A stretch of DNA of 64,000 bases from Burkholderiales bacterium (GTDB taxonomy: Bacteria; Pseudomonadota; Gammaproteobacteria; Burkholderiales; SG8-39): NCBI GenBank assembly GCA_035499735.1, contig DATJYC010000051.1, positions 131,667 to 195,666 of the forward strand, written 5' to 3'. A program made the translations under genes and the position numbers. A model generated the notes under the pieces. It made no database searches. It was not told where the DNA came from and saw only the letters and a program-made list of their open reading frames with translations. Positions 1 to 9,764 of this stretch are shown piece after piece (position 1 is the first letter of the stretch; every line of letters begins with the position of its first letter).

Positions 1-11
1 CGCCCGGATGC

Positions 12-980
12 CTAGCCGCGGACGGTCCGCAGGTCGGCGTCCACCATCATCTTCACCAGTCCCTGAAACCCGGTTTCGGGCTTCCACCCCAGAAGTCGAT
101 CAGCCTTGGCGCTGTTTCCCACCAGTTGAACCGGCTCGTCGGGCCGGTAGGCAACCGAGTCCTCCTTCACGTAATCGCGGTAGTCCAGGCCTGCGTGCGT
201 GAAGGCGGACTCGCAGAACTCCCGCACCGAATGGGTCTTCCCCGTAGCGACGACGAAATCCTCGGCCTGCGGCTGCTGCAGAATGAGCCACATGGCCCGC
301 ACGTGATCCCCGGCGAAGCCCCAGTCCCGCCGCGCAGAGAGGTTGCCCAGCCTGAGCTCGTCCGCGAGGCCGCGCTTGATGCGCGCCAATTCGTGCGTGA
401 TCTTCCGCGTCACGAACGCGGTGCTGCGGCGCGGACTCTCGTGATTGAACAGGATCGCCGAGCACGCAAACAATCCGTGCCTCTCCCGGTAGATCCGTAT
501 CATGAAATCCGCGTAGGCCTTCGCGGCCCCGTAGGGACTGCGCGGACAGACCGGCGTGGTCTCGGACTGGGGACTCTCGGACGCGCTGGCGAATATCTCG
601 CTGCTCGACGCCTGGCAGAAGCGGATCCCGGCGTCCACCCGGCGTATAGCCTCCAGGATCCGGGTCACCCCAACGCCGTTGATCTCCCCGATTTCGATCG
701 GCTCGTCGTACATGCCCGACCCCGACGCATGCGCCGCGCAATTGTAGAACTCGAGCGGCCGACGCTCCTCAAGGAGCCGCACCAGCCGTGGAAGGTCGCG
801 CATGTCCCACTCGACCAGATCGACGCTTCCTGGAAGTCCCGGAGGAAGCGAGCTCTGCGCATCGCGCGGCTCCCTGCGCACGATTCCCACGACCCGGTAT
901 CCCCGCTCGAGAAGCAGCTCGGCGAGATAGCTGCCGTCCTGTCCCGTGATTCCCGTGACGAATGCGGTCCGCTGGGCCAT
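12..980 (-). CDS. gmd: GDP-mannose 4,6-dehydratase
   Basis: 322-aa ORF. It has the N-terminal Rossmann motif FVTGITGQDGSYLAELLL and resembles extended-SDR Gmd enzymes along its full length. Its ATG (978-980) overlaps the TGA of the upstream gene (980-982). Confidence 0.9.
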   Translation of the reverse strand: MAQRTAFVTGITGQDGSYLAELLLERGYRVVGIVRREPRDAQSSLPPGLPGSVDLVEWDMRDLPRLVRLLEERRPLEFYNCAAHASGSGMYDEPIEIGEINGVGVTRILEAIRRVDAGIRFCQASSSEIFASASESPQSETTPVCPRSPYGAAKAYADFMIRIYRERHGLFACSAILFNHESPRRSTAFVTRKITHELARIKRGLADELRLGNLSARRDWGFAGDHVRAMWLILQQPQAEDFVVATGKTHSVREFCESAFTHAGLDYRDYVKEDSVAYRPDEPVQLVGNSAKADRLLGWKPETGFQGLVKMMVDADLRTVRG

Positions 981-2008
981 CAGCGCAGATCAACGCAGAG
1001 AGAGCGGGCTGCGAGGCGGCTCATCGCCCCGGCATGCCGGCTGCGCAGCACCTCATAGAGCTCGACGCGGGCGCTCCTCTTGAACAGCCCGAAATAGGTC
1101 ACCACCGCGAGGTTCGCAAGAGCCGCCGGGCAGCGCGCCATCAGCCAGGCAACGAGGCGCGCACGACCCCGTGCGATGCCTGCGAGGTGCTTCCGGAATT
1201 CGGCGATCGAATACGATCCCAGGGCGCGGTGGAACAGGAGAAAGTTGAATCCGCGCCACGGCTCCCGCGGGCAGACCGAGCGCCGGGCCGCCTCGGAGAA
1301 ATCGCGGAACGACCACAGCAGCGCCGGCCACCTGAAGCTCCAGATCTCGAAGGCCCGGGGAGTCCACATGGCGTTCCCGTTGCGAATCATGATCAGCGGC
1401 TGCGCCACTACCTTGGCGGCCCCGATCGGCGGGCTCTGGAACAGCACCCCCAAATGGATGAACTGGGTCCCGTAGTAGGGCTTGCGGTCGCGGGCGAGCC
1501 AGAGCTCCCGCCGGATGACCACCCCGCCGATGAAGGACAGATAGGTGGCCGCCCTCGCGAAGAAGTCCTCGGCACGGTTCGCGTCGTACTCGATGTCCTC
1601 GTAGACGTCGAGGCGCGGGCTCTTGAGCGTCACCGTCAGATCAACGTTGCGCACTTCGGCGTTGACCACGACGAGCGGCGGCCGCGTGGCGAGGGCGGAC
1701 AGCACTCTTTGCACGGCCCCGGGGACGAGCACGTCGTCGTCGGTCATCAGCCAGCAGTATTCCCCCTGGGCGTACCCCACCGCCTTGTCGTAGTCCCCGT
1801 CCACGCCGGAGTTCACTTGTTCCCGATAGTAGCGCAACGCAGGGTGGCGAGCCGCCAGGCCGGCGACGACGTCCGGCGTGTTGTCCGGCGAGGCGCCGTC
1901 GACGACGACTAGCTCCACCTCGCGCGTCATCTGCCCGAGAATGGAATTCAGCGTCTCCGCGATGAACGCGGCTCGGTTGTAGGTCGCGATGCAGATGGAC
2001 AGCCTCAA
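980..2008 (-). CDS. Family 2 glycosyltransferase (GT-A fold)
   Basis: 342-aa ORF beginning MRLSICIATYNRAAFIAETLNSILGQ, followed by VVDGASPDNT. This is the typical GT2 N-terminal signature. Confidence 0.8.
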   Translation of the reverse strand: MRLSICIATYNRAAFIAETLNSILGQMTREVELVVVDGASPDNTPDVVAGLAARHPALRYYREQVNSGVDGDYDKAVGYAQGEYCWLMTDDDVLVPGAVQRVLSALATRPPLVVVNAEVRNVDLTVTLKSPRLDVYEDIEYDANRAEDFFARAATYLSFIGGVVIRRELWLARDRKPYYGTQFIHLGVLFQSPPIGAAKVVAQPLIMIRNGNAMWTPRAFEIWSFRWPALLWSFRDFSEAARRSVCPREPWRGFNFLLFHRALGSYSIAEFRKHLAGIARGRARLVAWLMARCPAALANLAVVTYFGLFKRSARVELYEVLRSRHAGAMSRLAARSLCVDLR

Positions 2009-2021
2009 GGTGCGCCCGTCG

Positions 2022-2870
2022 TCAGATCGAAACGAACCTCTGCGACGCGATCAGGGAGAACTGCTGAGCGCTCGGAACGCGGAATTTCCGCAGCTGATAG
2101 TGGTTCTCCGCGAAGCCGAGCCCCCGCAGCCCCTGGAGAAACCCGGAGTCGAAATGCACCGGGTCGACGAAGAATGCGTTCACGCCGTTTCGCTCGACCG
2201 TGACGAAGCGATAGCCCTGCTTCTCCAAGTAGGTTCTCCAGCCCGCGATCGATACGCCGTAATAGAGCTGCGTCGGGTGCGCGGAGACGAAATCGAAGCG
2301 CTCCTGATACTCGATCGTCGCGCTCCGCTCCGGCCCGTAGACGGAGTTGTACTCGACGACCAGGATTCTCGGCCGCATTCCGGCGTCGAGGACTGCGCGG
2401 AGAACATAGTAGTCGCACCCGTCGATGTCGAGAGAGAGAACGTCGGGATCGCGGTGCAGAGCGAGGGACGCGATCCGGGGCACGATTTCGGGCACCACGA
2501 ACAGATGGTGGCACTCCACGCCGAGATTGACGCTCGCCAGGATGCGCGCCGCGCGCGCGGCCCGGCGCGCATCGCCCTCAACCATGATCCCGCTGTATTT
2601 CTCCGCGAACGCGAGCCAGGCGGTGTTGTTCTCGATGCCGTCCCCGGCCCCGATCTCGACAAAATAGCGATTGCTCGATCCGAGGTGGCTGCGCAGCACG
2701 TCCACAACTCCGTCCTCTCCGTTCTGGCTGAACCCGGAGAATTCCCAGGTGGAGGGCGCCGTCGGGTCGATCTTGCGGGCGTTCATCATTGCCCCCCCGC
2801 GTCCGAGAGCTGCCGCGATACGCTGGCGGTCGCGAAGATCGAGGAGGTAGTTCCGGAAGGCGCGCAGCAT
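2022..2870 (-). CDS. FkbM/Methyltransf_21-like putative methyltransferase
   Basis: 282-aa ORF with FSQNGEDGVV and FVEIGAGDGIENNT motifs, as recalled from SAM-methyltransferase-like proteins in polysaccharide loci. The start codon is uncertain; an internal MMNARK start is possible. Confidence 0.5.
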   Translation of the reverse strand: MLRAFRNYLLDLRDRQRIAAALGRGGAMMNARKIDPTAPSTWEFSGFSQNGEDGVVDVLRSHLGSSNRYFVEIGAGDGIENNTAWLAFAEKYSGIMVEGDARRAARAARILASVNLGVECHHLFVVPEIVPRIASLALHRDPDVLSLDIDGCDYYVLRAVLDAGMRPRILVVEYNSVYGPERSATIEYQERFDFVSAHPTQLYYGVSIAGWRTYLEKQGYRFVTVERNGVNAFFVDPVHFDSGFLQGLRGLGFAENHYQLRKFRVPSAQQFSLIASQRFVSI

Positions 2871-2877
2871 CTCTCCC

Positions 2878-4380
2878 TCAGGGTATCCGGTACGTCATAC
2901 CGCGAAGTCTGTCGAGCGCCGCGCCGCGCAGACCCGGCGACGCCACGAACGCGAGCGCGAAGGCGGCGAGGGCCCAGCCGGCGCCGCACGCCACCCTCGC
3001 ATACAGGCTCAGGGCTCCGTCGGTGCTCACAATATGGGCCAGCACTCCCACCAGCGCCGACACGGCGAAGGGAACGCCCACCTCCCGAGTCATCCATTCC
3101 GGCCCCAATCCCTTCAGCAGGCGGCGGTGGGTCAGCCAGGTTCCCAGGACGAGGTAGAGCGAGTGCAGCGATAACCAGGCGAGCGCTCCCCCGACGGCGC
3201 CGAATCGGAGAACCAGCACTATCGTCGCGGGCGTGGCGAATGCGAGCAGCAAGGCGCTGATCGTGAGCTGAAGGCGCGTCGTCCCGTAGGCGAGCTGGAG
3301 CGCGTAAGGCACGTACATGACGGCATGCAGCGCAGTGCCGACCGCAAGGATCGGCAGGAGCAAAGCGGCATTCGCTGCGAGCTCGCCGTCTCCCGTCCAT
3401 GCCTGAATCAGCTCGGCGGGGAATACCGCCAGGAGCATGGCGAGAGGAAAGACGATCGTCGCCAGCAGACGCGTTGCGAGGCGGTAGGTCCGCTCGAGGC
3501 TGTCCACGTCTCCGGACTGGACCAGACCCGAGAAGCGGGGGTATACGGCGTTGAACAACGGGAGGGTAAACAGATACAGGGTGCCCGCGAGGGCAAACGC
3601 GACCATGTATTGTCCGTATTCCGCCAGACTCAGCATCTTGCTCAGGACGATCTTGTCGAGCTGGCTGAGCACGATGCCCGTGACCGTGATCGCCGTGACG
3701 CCCGCGGAGAATCGCCATATCCGCGCAAGGTGGGCGCGATCCGTCCTCGCCCGCCCCCTGCCGACGACCCGCCAGCTCGCCGCACGCGCGGCGAGCGTGT
3801 ACACGAGACCCGCGCCCGCCTGCCAGAGCATGAAGGCCGAAACGCTCGGGGAGACCAGCGCGATCACGACGGCGGCGCCGAGGCTGCCCAGCGTCACCAA
3901 TCCGGCGCTCAAGGCGCTGGAGACCACGATGCGCTGGGCGCCCATCAGCGCGCCCTGGTAAAGCTGCCCGGGCCAGCGGCACGCGATGACGAGGCCTATC
4001 AGCGCCACGGCGTATTCAACGTCTTCGATCGGGAGGCCCTGCACGCTGAGCCAGTGCGCAGCCATGAAGTGCGAGAAGACGAGCATCGAAAGAGCGATGA
4101 CCAACGCCATGGTCCAGTAGATTGCCGCGACGGTACGCAGCAGACCCGGCGCGTCGGAGAGATCGCCCGATTCGGTCTCGCGGGCGATCTCGCGGTTGAT
4201 GCTCGTCGATAGCCCGAGATCGAGCGCCTGAAACACGGCTTGCGCCGTCGTGAGCAACGCGACCAGCCCGTAACCCTCGTGCCCCAGGTGCCTGACGTAG
4301 ACGGGAATGACCGCGAGTCCGACGAGCGCGGTCCAGACCGAGCTTGCAATTCCGGCAGCGAGGTTGCGGCCAACCCTCAT
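2878..4380 (-). CDS. Wzx-like polysaccharide flippase (MOP/PST family)
   Basis: 500-aa hydrophobic multi-pass ORF. The N-terminus MRVGRNLAAGIASSVWTALVGLAVIPVYVRHLG is typical of polysaccharide biosynthesis/export (PST) proteins. It overlaps the manC stop by 4 nt. Confidence 0.75.
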   Translation of the reverse strand: MRVGRNLAAGIASSVWTALVGLAVIPVYVRHLGHEGYGLVALLTTAQAVFQALDLGLSTSINREIARETESGDLSDAPGLLRTVAAIYWTMALVIALSMLVFSHFMAAHWLSVQGLPIEDVEYAVALIGLVIACRWPGQLYQGALMGAQRIVVSSALSAGLVTLGSLGAAVVIALVSPSVSAFMLWQAGAGLVYTLAARAASWRVVGRGRARTDRAHLARIWRFSAGVTAITVTGIVLSQLDKIVLSKMLSLAEYGQYMVAFALAGTLYLFTLPLFNAVYPRFSGLVQSGDVDSLERTYRLATRLLATIVFPLAMLLAVFPAELIQAWTGDGELAANAALLLPILAVGTALHAVMYVPYALQLAYGTTRLQLTISALLLAFATPATIVLVLRFGAVGGALAWLSLHSLYLVLGTWLTHRRLLKGLGPEWMTREVGVPFAVSALVGVLAHIVSTDGALSLYARVACGAGWALAAFALAFVASPGLRGAALDRLRGMTYRIP

Positions 4381-5801
4381 TCCCGCTTGTAGCGATCCTC
4401 GAAGCGGACGATATCGTCCTCCCCCAGGTAGCCGCCCGATTGGACCTCGATCAGGAACAGCGGTGTCTTCCCCGGGTTCTCCAGCCTGTGCCTCGTGCCG
4501 ATCGGGATGTAGGTGGACTCGTTTTCCGCGAGCAGCTTGGTCTCCTCGTCTCGCGTCACCCTGGCGGTGCCCGACACCACCACCCAGTGCTCCGCCCTGT
4601 GGTGATGCATCTGCAGTGACAGCGCTTCGCCGGGCTTGACCATGATGCGCTTGACCTGGAAGCGGTCGCCCGCATCGATGCTTTCGTAGTAGCCCCAGGG
4701 ACGGTACACGCGGCTGTGCGAAACGTGCTCGGTGCGAGCCTTCCGGTCGAGCGTCTCGACGACCTCCTTCACTTCCTGCGTGCGCGACTTGTCAGCAACC
4801 AGCACCGCGTCGTCGGTCTCGACCACGACGAGGTCCGTTGCGCCGAGCACGGACACCAAGCGGCTCTCGGCGCGCACGTAGCATCCCCTGGCGTCGCGCA
4901 GGTCGACGTCGCCGTGGACGGCGTTCCCGCTCTCGTCCTTCTTCGCGGTTTCCCACAGCGACGCCCACGAGCCCACGTCGCTCCAGCCCATGTCGGCCTG
5001 CACCATCACGCTGGCGGATGTGCGCTCCATGACGGCGTAGTCCACCGAGTCCGACGGGCAGGCCTCGAAGGCCGCCGCGTCCAGGCGCAGAAAATCGAGG
5101 TCGCTCTTGCCGGCCTGCCATGCCGCCCTGGCGGCCGAGGCGATGTCCGGCCGGAAGCGGTCGAGCTCCTCGAGATAGCGCTTCGCCAGGAAAACGAACA
5201 TCCCGCTGTTCCAGAAGAAGCGCCCGCTGGCGACATAGCGACGCGCGGTATCAAGGTCCGGCTTCTCGACGAAGCGCGCCACCCGATGGCTGCCCCCGCT
5301 TCCCGAGATCGGCTCGCCCCGCTCGATGTAGCCGTATCCGGTGACGGGTCCTCGGGGCGCGATCCCGAAGGTGACGAGCGAACCGCCCGCTGCCAGCGGC
5401 AGCGCAGTGGCGATCGCGGCGTGGAACGCGGGCACATCCTGGATCAGCTGGTCCGAAGGCAGGACGAGCAGGCAGCCGTCCGGATTCCGGCTCTGGACGT
5501 GCAGCGCGGCGACGGCGACCGCCGGCGCCGTATTGCGCCCGACTGGCTCCAGAATCTGGACATCGGGCCTTACCCCGATTTCCCTGAGCTGCTCGGCGAC
5601 GAGAAAGCGGTGCTCGCTATTCGAGACGATGATGGGCGCGCAGGCCCCCTCCACGCCCCGCAGGCGCGCCAGCGTGTCCTGAAGCAAGCTGTGCTCCGAG
5701 GTGAGCGGGAGGAATTGCTTGGGCAGGAGCCGTCGCGACATCGGCCAGAGACGGCTGCCGGAGCCGCCGGAGAGTACCAGGGGGTAGAAAGTAGCCGCCA
5801 C
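4377..5801 (-). CDS. manC: Mannose-1-phosphate guanylyltransferase / mannose-6-phosphate isomerase
   Basis: 474-aa ORF with a GTG start. It has the N-terminal nucleotidyltransferase motif LSGGSGSRLWPMSR and a C-terminal cupin region (HHRAEHWVVVSGTA). Confidence 0.9.
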   Translation of the reverse strand: MAATFYPLVLSGGSGSRLWPMSRRLLPKQFLPLTSEHSLLQDTLARLRGVEGACAPIIVSNSEHRFLVAEQLREIGVRPDVQILEPVGRNTAPAVAVAALHVQSRNPDGCLLVLPSDQLIQDVPAFHAAIATALPLAAGGSLVTFGIAPRGPVTGYGYIERGEPISGSGGSHRVARFVEKPDLDTARRYVASGRFFWNSGMFVFLAKRYLEELDRFRPDIASAARAAWQAGKSDLDFLRLDAAAFEACPSDSVDYAVMERTSASVMVQADMGWSDVGSWASLWETAKKDESGNAVHGDVDLRDARGCYVRAESRLVSVLGATDLVVVETDDAVLVADKSRTQEVKEVVETLDRKARTEHVSHSRVYRPWGYYESIDAGDRFQVKRIMVKPGEALSLQMHHHRAEHWVVVSGTARVTRDEETKLLAENESTYIPIGTRHRLENPGKTPLFLIEVQSGGYLGEDDIVRFEDRYKRE

Positions 5802-5919
5802 CGCGCACCTTGTGCGTGGGCAAAGCGCGTATTGTAGTGGTCCGCGATAGCCTCAGATAGGGGCTTGCTAGAATCCTGCGTCGTACTAGCGAAGGCGGCG
5901 GCGCGGCGAGCGGCTAGAC

Positions 5920-6864
5920 ATGCGCGTTCTTGTCACAGGTGCATCGGGCTTCGTCGGTGCCGCGCTTTGCCGTGCGCTGCTCGCGCGCGGGCACGCCGTG
6001 CGGGCTGCGGTACGGCGCCGGAGCGCGCCGGCTGCGGAGCTTCCTCCCGGACTCGCGGAAATTCTTGTCCCCGACCTCGCCGCCGGGGATCTCGACTGGC
6101 GCGCGCTCGTCGAGGGTGTTGACGCCGTCGCGCATCTGGCAGCCATCGCGCATCGCACCGCGCCGGAGGCGGAATTGAGGCGCGTGAACGTCGACGCGAC
6201 GGTGCGTCTGGCGGACGCGGCCCGCGGATTCGCCCGTCGCTTCGTCTTCATGAGCTCGGTCAAGGTGCACGGCGAGGACTCGGGCGAAGGCGCCTACTCC
6301 GAAACCGACCCGGCTCGACCGCACGACGCCTACGGCCGCTCGAAGCTCGAGGCCGAGCGCCTGCTGGGCGAGCTCGGTGCGCGCGGCGGCATGGAGATCG
6401 CGCTGCTCAGGCCGCCTCTCGTGTACGGCCCCGGGGTCAAGGGCAATTTCCTGCGCCTCCTTCAATGGATCGACTCCGGCCTGCCGATGCCTTTCGCGGC
6501 GGTACGCAATCGGCGCAACCTGATCTATGTCGGCAATCTGGCCGACGCCGTAGTGCGCTGCATCGAGCACCCGCGATCACTCGGCCCGTTTCTCCTCAGC
6601 GACGCGGAGATCGTGTCGACCGCGGAACTTGTGTTGCGCGCCGCACGGGCGCTCGGACGTCCGGCCAGGCTAGTCAGCGTGCCTCCGGGCCTGCTGCGCT
6701 TCGCCGGTTGGGTAACGGGTCGCAGCGAGGAAGTGCGCCGCCTGACCGGAAATCTCGTGACCGACACGGGCAAGGCGCGGCATTTGCTCGATTGGCAAGC
6801 TCCCTACACCCTCGACCAGGGTCTTGCGGAGACCGCCCACTGGTTCAGATCGACGCGAGCCTGA
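5920..6864 (+). CDS. NAD-dependent sugar epimerase/dehydratase (WbpK/WbpV-like)
   Basis: 314-aa ORF with the Rossmann motif MRVLVTGASGFVGAAL and the catalytic motif YGRSK (YxxxK). It sits directly upstream of wbpL- and wbpM-like genes, as at the 3' end of Pseudomonas O-antigen loci. Confidence 0.8.
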   Translation: MRVLVTGASGFVGAALCRALLARGHAVRAAVRRRSAPAAELPPGLAEILVPDLAAGDLDWRALVEGVDAVAHLAAIAHRTAPEAELRRVNVDATVRLADAARGFARRFVFMSSVKVHGEDSGEGAYSETDPARPHDAYGRSKLEAERLLGELGARGGMEIALLRPPLVYGPGVKGNFLRLLQWIDSGLPMPFAAVRNRRNLIYVGNLADAVVRCIEHPRSLGPFLLSDAEIVSTAELVLRAARALGRPARLVSVPPGLLRFAGWVTGRSEEVRRLTGNLVTDTGKARHLLDWQAPYTLDQGLAETAHWFRSTRA

Positions 6865-6928
6865 GTGGGGAGAAGGGAACGCGCTAGAATGCGCCCCGTG
6901 TTCCATCGAGCGGACTAGGCTGGTGGCG

Positions 6929-7912
6929 ATGCCGGATGTCGCCCTTGTTTCGCCGATCGCCTCGGCGCTCATCACTCTGCCGCTTGTCGTCTGGCTGCTG
7001 AGGGTGCAGGATCGATTGCCCCTGGACGTGCCGAATCGGCGCTCGCTGCACGCACGCGCCGTGCCGCGCTCCGGCGGCGTCGCCATGATGGCGGGGATTT
7101 TCGCCGGCTTTGCCGTGATGCAGACTCCTCTCATCGTCGTGCTACCGGCTGGCGCCCTCGTCGTGTTGTCGTATTTCGACGATGCGAGCGGCCTGCCGGT
7201 CTCGCTCCGGCTCGGAGTCCAGCTGGTTGCCGCGGCCGCATTTGCGTACGGCGCGCTGCCGACGTTCGGAGTCACGGCGCTTGGGCTCATCGTGCTCGGC
7301 ACCCTGTGGGTGACCAATCTGTACAACTTCATGGACGGCTCAGACGGGCTTGCGGGCGGAATGACGCTGTTCGGGTTCGCGTTCCTTGGAGCCGGCGCGT
7401 GGCTAAGCGGCGATATTGCCTTGCTCGCCGACTGCACCGTCGTGGCGGCCGCCGCTGCCGCGTTCCTGATGTTCAATTTTCCGCCCGCACGCCTCTTTAT
7501 GGGTGATGCCGGCTCAGTTCCGATCGGTTTTCTCGCGGCGGCCCTGTCTGTTTCGGGGTGGCGCGACGGCGACTGGCCGTTCTGGTTTCCGGCACTGGTG
7601 TTCGCACCCTTCATAGTCGATGCGAGCCTCACGCTCGTGAAGCGCCTGATATCGCGGGAGCGAATCTGGGACGCGCACAACAGCCACTACTATCAGCGGC
7701 TGGTCAGAATGGGCTGGGGTCACCGCCGGACAGCTCTTGCCGAATACGCCCTCATGCTTGGCTGCGGCCTCATCGCGCTCGGGGCGCTCCGCGCACCGCA
7801 GTACCTGCAGGTGTGCGCCGTGGGAGCCCTTGTCGCATTGCACGCCATCCTGGCCCTGTGGGTCGACTCCGCCTGGCGGCGCCACCAAGACAAATCCATT
7901 GGAACCGCTTAA
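6929..7912 (+). CDS. Polyprenyl-phosphate HexNAc-1-phosphate transferase (WecA/WbpL, MraY-like family)
   Basis: Track frame 6824..7912. The likely start is ATG 6929 (MPDVALVSPIASALITLPLVVWLL). The protein is very hydrophobic and carries the NLYNFMDGSDGLAGG motif of the MraY/WecA family. Confidence 0.8.
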   Translation: MPDVALVSPIASALITLPLVVWLLRVQDRLPLDVPNRRSLHARAVPRSGGVAMMAGIFAGFAVMQTPLIVVLPAGALVVLSYFDDASGLPVSLRLGVQLVAAAAFAYGALPTFGVTALGLIVLGTLWVTNLYNFMDGSDGLAGGMTLFGFAFLGAGAWLSGDIALLADCTVVAAAAAAFLMFNFPPARLFMGDAGSVPIGFLAAALSVSGWRDGDWPFWFPALVFAPFIVDASLTLVKRLISRERIWDAHNSHYYQRLVRMGWGHRRTALAEYALMLGCGLIALGALRAPQYLQVCAVGALVALHAILALWVDSAWRRHQDKSIGTA

Positions 7913-9764
7913 GCTCAATACCCGCGGGGCGCTCGCCTTCGCGCACGACCTGTTCGCATCTGCGCTCTGCTGGCCGATCGCCTTCTGGCTGCGCTTCAAC
8001 CTCAATATTCCGCCGGAGTTCCTCCCGGCGCTCGCTGCCGCGGTCACGGCAAGTGTTCCCTCGCACGCGCTGATATTCTGGCGTCTCGGCCTGTATCGCG
8101 GCAGCTGGCGCTACGCGAGCGTGCCCGATTTGAAGCGGATCGCGATCGCCTGCCTGATCGGATCCCTCGCGGTTCCTGCGCTCCTGGCCCTGTTTCGCAG
8201 CGACACCAATGTGCCCCGCTCGACCTTCATTCTTGCTCCCTTGCTCCTTGCGGCGATCATGTCGGGCAGCCGGATAGCCTATCGCGCATGGAAGGAGCGG
8301 TCCCTATATGGACAGATCCACTTTGCCGGCGAGCCGGTCCTGGTGATCGGCGCTGGTGACGTCACCGTCAACCTGCTCCGAGAGCTGGAACGCTCCAGGC
8401 AATGGCGCGTGGTCGGCCTACTCGACGACGACCCGACTTGGCACGGACAAGTCGTGCTCGGCGTGCAGGTGCTGGGCGAGATCAAGGACGTCGGTCGCTG
8501 GGCCCAGAAGCTGGATTGCCTGCACGCGATCGTCTCGCTTCCCGCGGCGTCGGCCGGCGTTCGCAGGCGTGCCGCGGAAATCGCGGGCGACGCGGGGCTC
8601 ACTGTCCTCACCGTGCCCTCTTACCATGATCTGCTGTCCGGCAAGGTCAGCGCCTCGCAGATCCGCCCCATCGAGCTCGAGGACCTGCTCGGCCGTGAAC
8701 AGATCGTGCTCGACGACGCGGGGCTGCATCGGCTCCTTGAGGGAAAGGTCGTGATGGTGACCGGCGCCGGCGGCTCCGTCGGATCGGAGCTCAGCAGGCA
8801 AGTAGCGCGGTTCGACCCGGCGCGGCTGATCCTGTTCGAGCTGAACGAGTATGCGCTGTACAGCGTCGAGCAGGAATTCGCGGCAGCAGGGATGGCGATA
8901 ACCCCCGTAATCGGCGATGTGCGCAACCCCGACCGACTAAGAGCGGTGTTCGCACGTTTCAAGCCGACGGTCGTATTCCACGCCGCCGCCTACAAGCACG
9001 TGCCGCTCATGGAAGTCGACAACGCCTGGGAGGCTGCCCAGAACAACGTACTGGGAACCTTGCACCTGGCGCGTGCCGCCCGCGACCACGGAGTAGAGAA
9101 ATTCGTGCTGGTTTCGACGGATAAAGCTGTGAACCCGACCAACGTCATGGGTGCGACCAAACGCCTGGCCGAGCGCGTTTGCCAGGCGTTCCAGCGTCCC
9201 ACGGGCACGCAATTCGTGGTGGTCCGGTTCGGGAACGTCCTCGGAAGCACTGGCAGCGTCATCCCCAAGTTTCGCGAGCAGATCGCCCGAGGCGGTCCGG
9301 TCACGGTGACTCATGCGCAAGTCACGCGCTATTTCATGTCCATCCCCGAAGCGGCGCAGCTCGTCCTGCAGGCAGGACTGATGGGGTCTGGTGGCGAGAT
9401 CTTCGTCCTGGACATGGGCATGCCCGTCAGGATCTTCGATCTCGCCCGCGACATGATTCGACTCTCCGGCATGAGCGAGGACGACATCAGAATCGAGGTT
9501 ACGGGACTGCGCCCGGGAGAGAAACTGTTCGAAGAACCGTTGTCAGACCGCGAAAAAGCCTTGCCCACCCCGCATCCGAAACTGCGCATTGCGCAGTCGG
9601 GGGAGCCCCCCGACGAGGCCTGGCTCGCCGAAGTCGAAGCCTGGCTTTCCCACGCACGCTCCCCCGAAGACGACGAGGTCAGGCAGGAACTCGGCAAGCT
9701 GGTGCCCGAGTACGGCTACGCTCTTTCCGAACGCGACTCTCTCGCGCGCGCGAGTCGTTCGTAG
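7899..9764 (+). CDS. CapD/WbpM-type membrane-anchored UDP-HexNAc 4,6-dehydratase
   Basis: Track frame 7737..9764. The first ~54 codons overlap the end of the previous gene, so a TTG start at 7899 is more likely. N-terminal TM segments are followed by VLVIGAGDVTVNLL and VMVTGAGGSVGSEL Rossmann motifs. Confidence 0.85.
   Translation: MEPLKLNTRGALAFAHDLFASALCWPIAFWLRFNLNIPPEFLPALAAAVTASVPSHALIFWRLGLYRGSWRYASVPDLKRIAIACLIGSLAVPALLALFRSDTNVPRSTFILAPLLLAAIMSGSRIAYRAWKERSLYGQIHFAGEPVLVIGAGDVTVNLLRELERSRQWRVVGLLDDDPTWHGQVVLGVQVLGEIKDVGRWAQKLDCLHAIVSLPAASAGVRRRAAEIAGDAGLTVLTVPSYHDLLSGKVSASQIRPIELEDLLGREQIVLDDAGLHRLLEGKVVMVTGAGGSVGSELSRQVARFDPARLILFELNEYALYSVEQEFAAAGMAITPVIGDVRNPDRLRAVFARFKPTVVFHAAAYKHVPLMEVDNAWEAAQNNVLGTLHLARAARDHGVEKFVLVSTDKAVNPTNVMGATKRLAERVCQAFQRPTGTQFVVVRFGNVLGSTGSVIPKFREQIARGGPVTVTHAQVTRYFMSIPEAAQLVLQAGLMGSGGEIFVLDMGMPVRIFDLARDMIRLSGMSEDDIRIEVTGLRPGEKLFEEPLSDREKALPTPHPKLRIAQSGEPPDEAWLAEVEAWLSHARSPEDDEVRQELGKLVPEYGYALSERDSLARASRS

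Noticed and set aside
2786-3982. 398-aa alternate-frame ORF inside the Wzx-like flippase gene, and similar ORFs at 3325..4212 and 4716..5837
   Set aside because: The composition is the same junk type. The chosen frames give coherent membrane-protein and ManC sequences.
5802-5919. Possible JUMPStart/ops (GGCGGTAG) element in the divergent promoter region between manC and the epimerase gene
   Set aside because: Only imperfect look-alikes are present (GCGGCTAG on the plus strand; GGCGGCTAC on the minus strand, inside the manC start region). No exact ops core was found.
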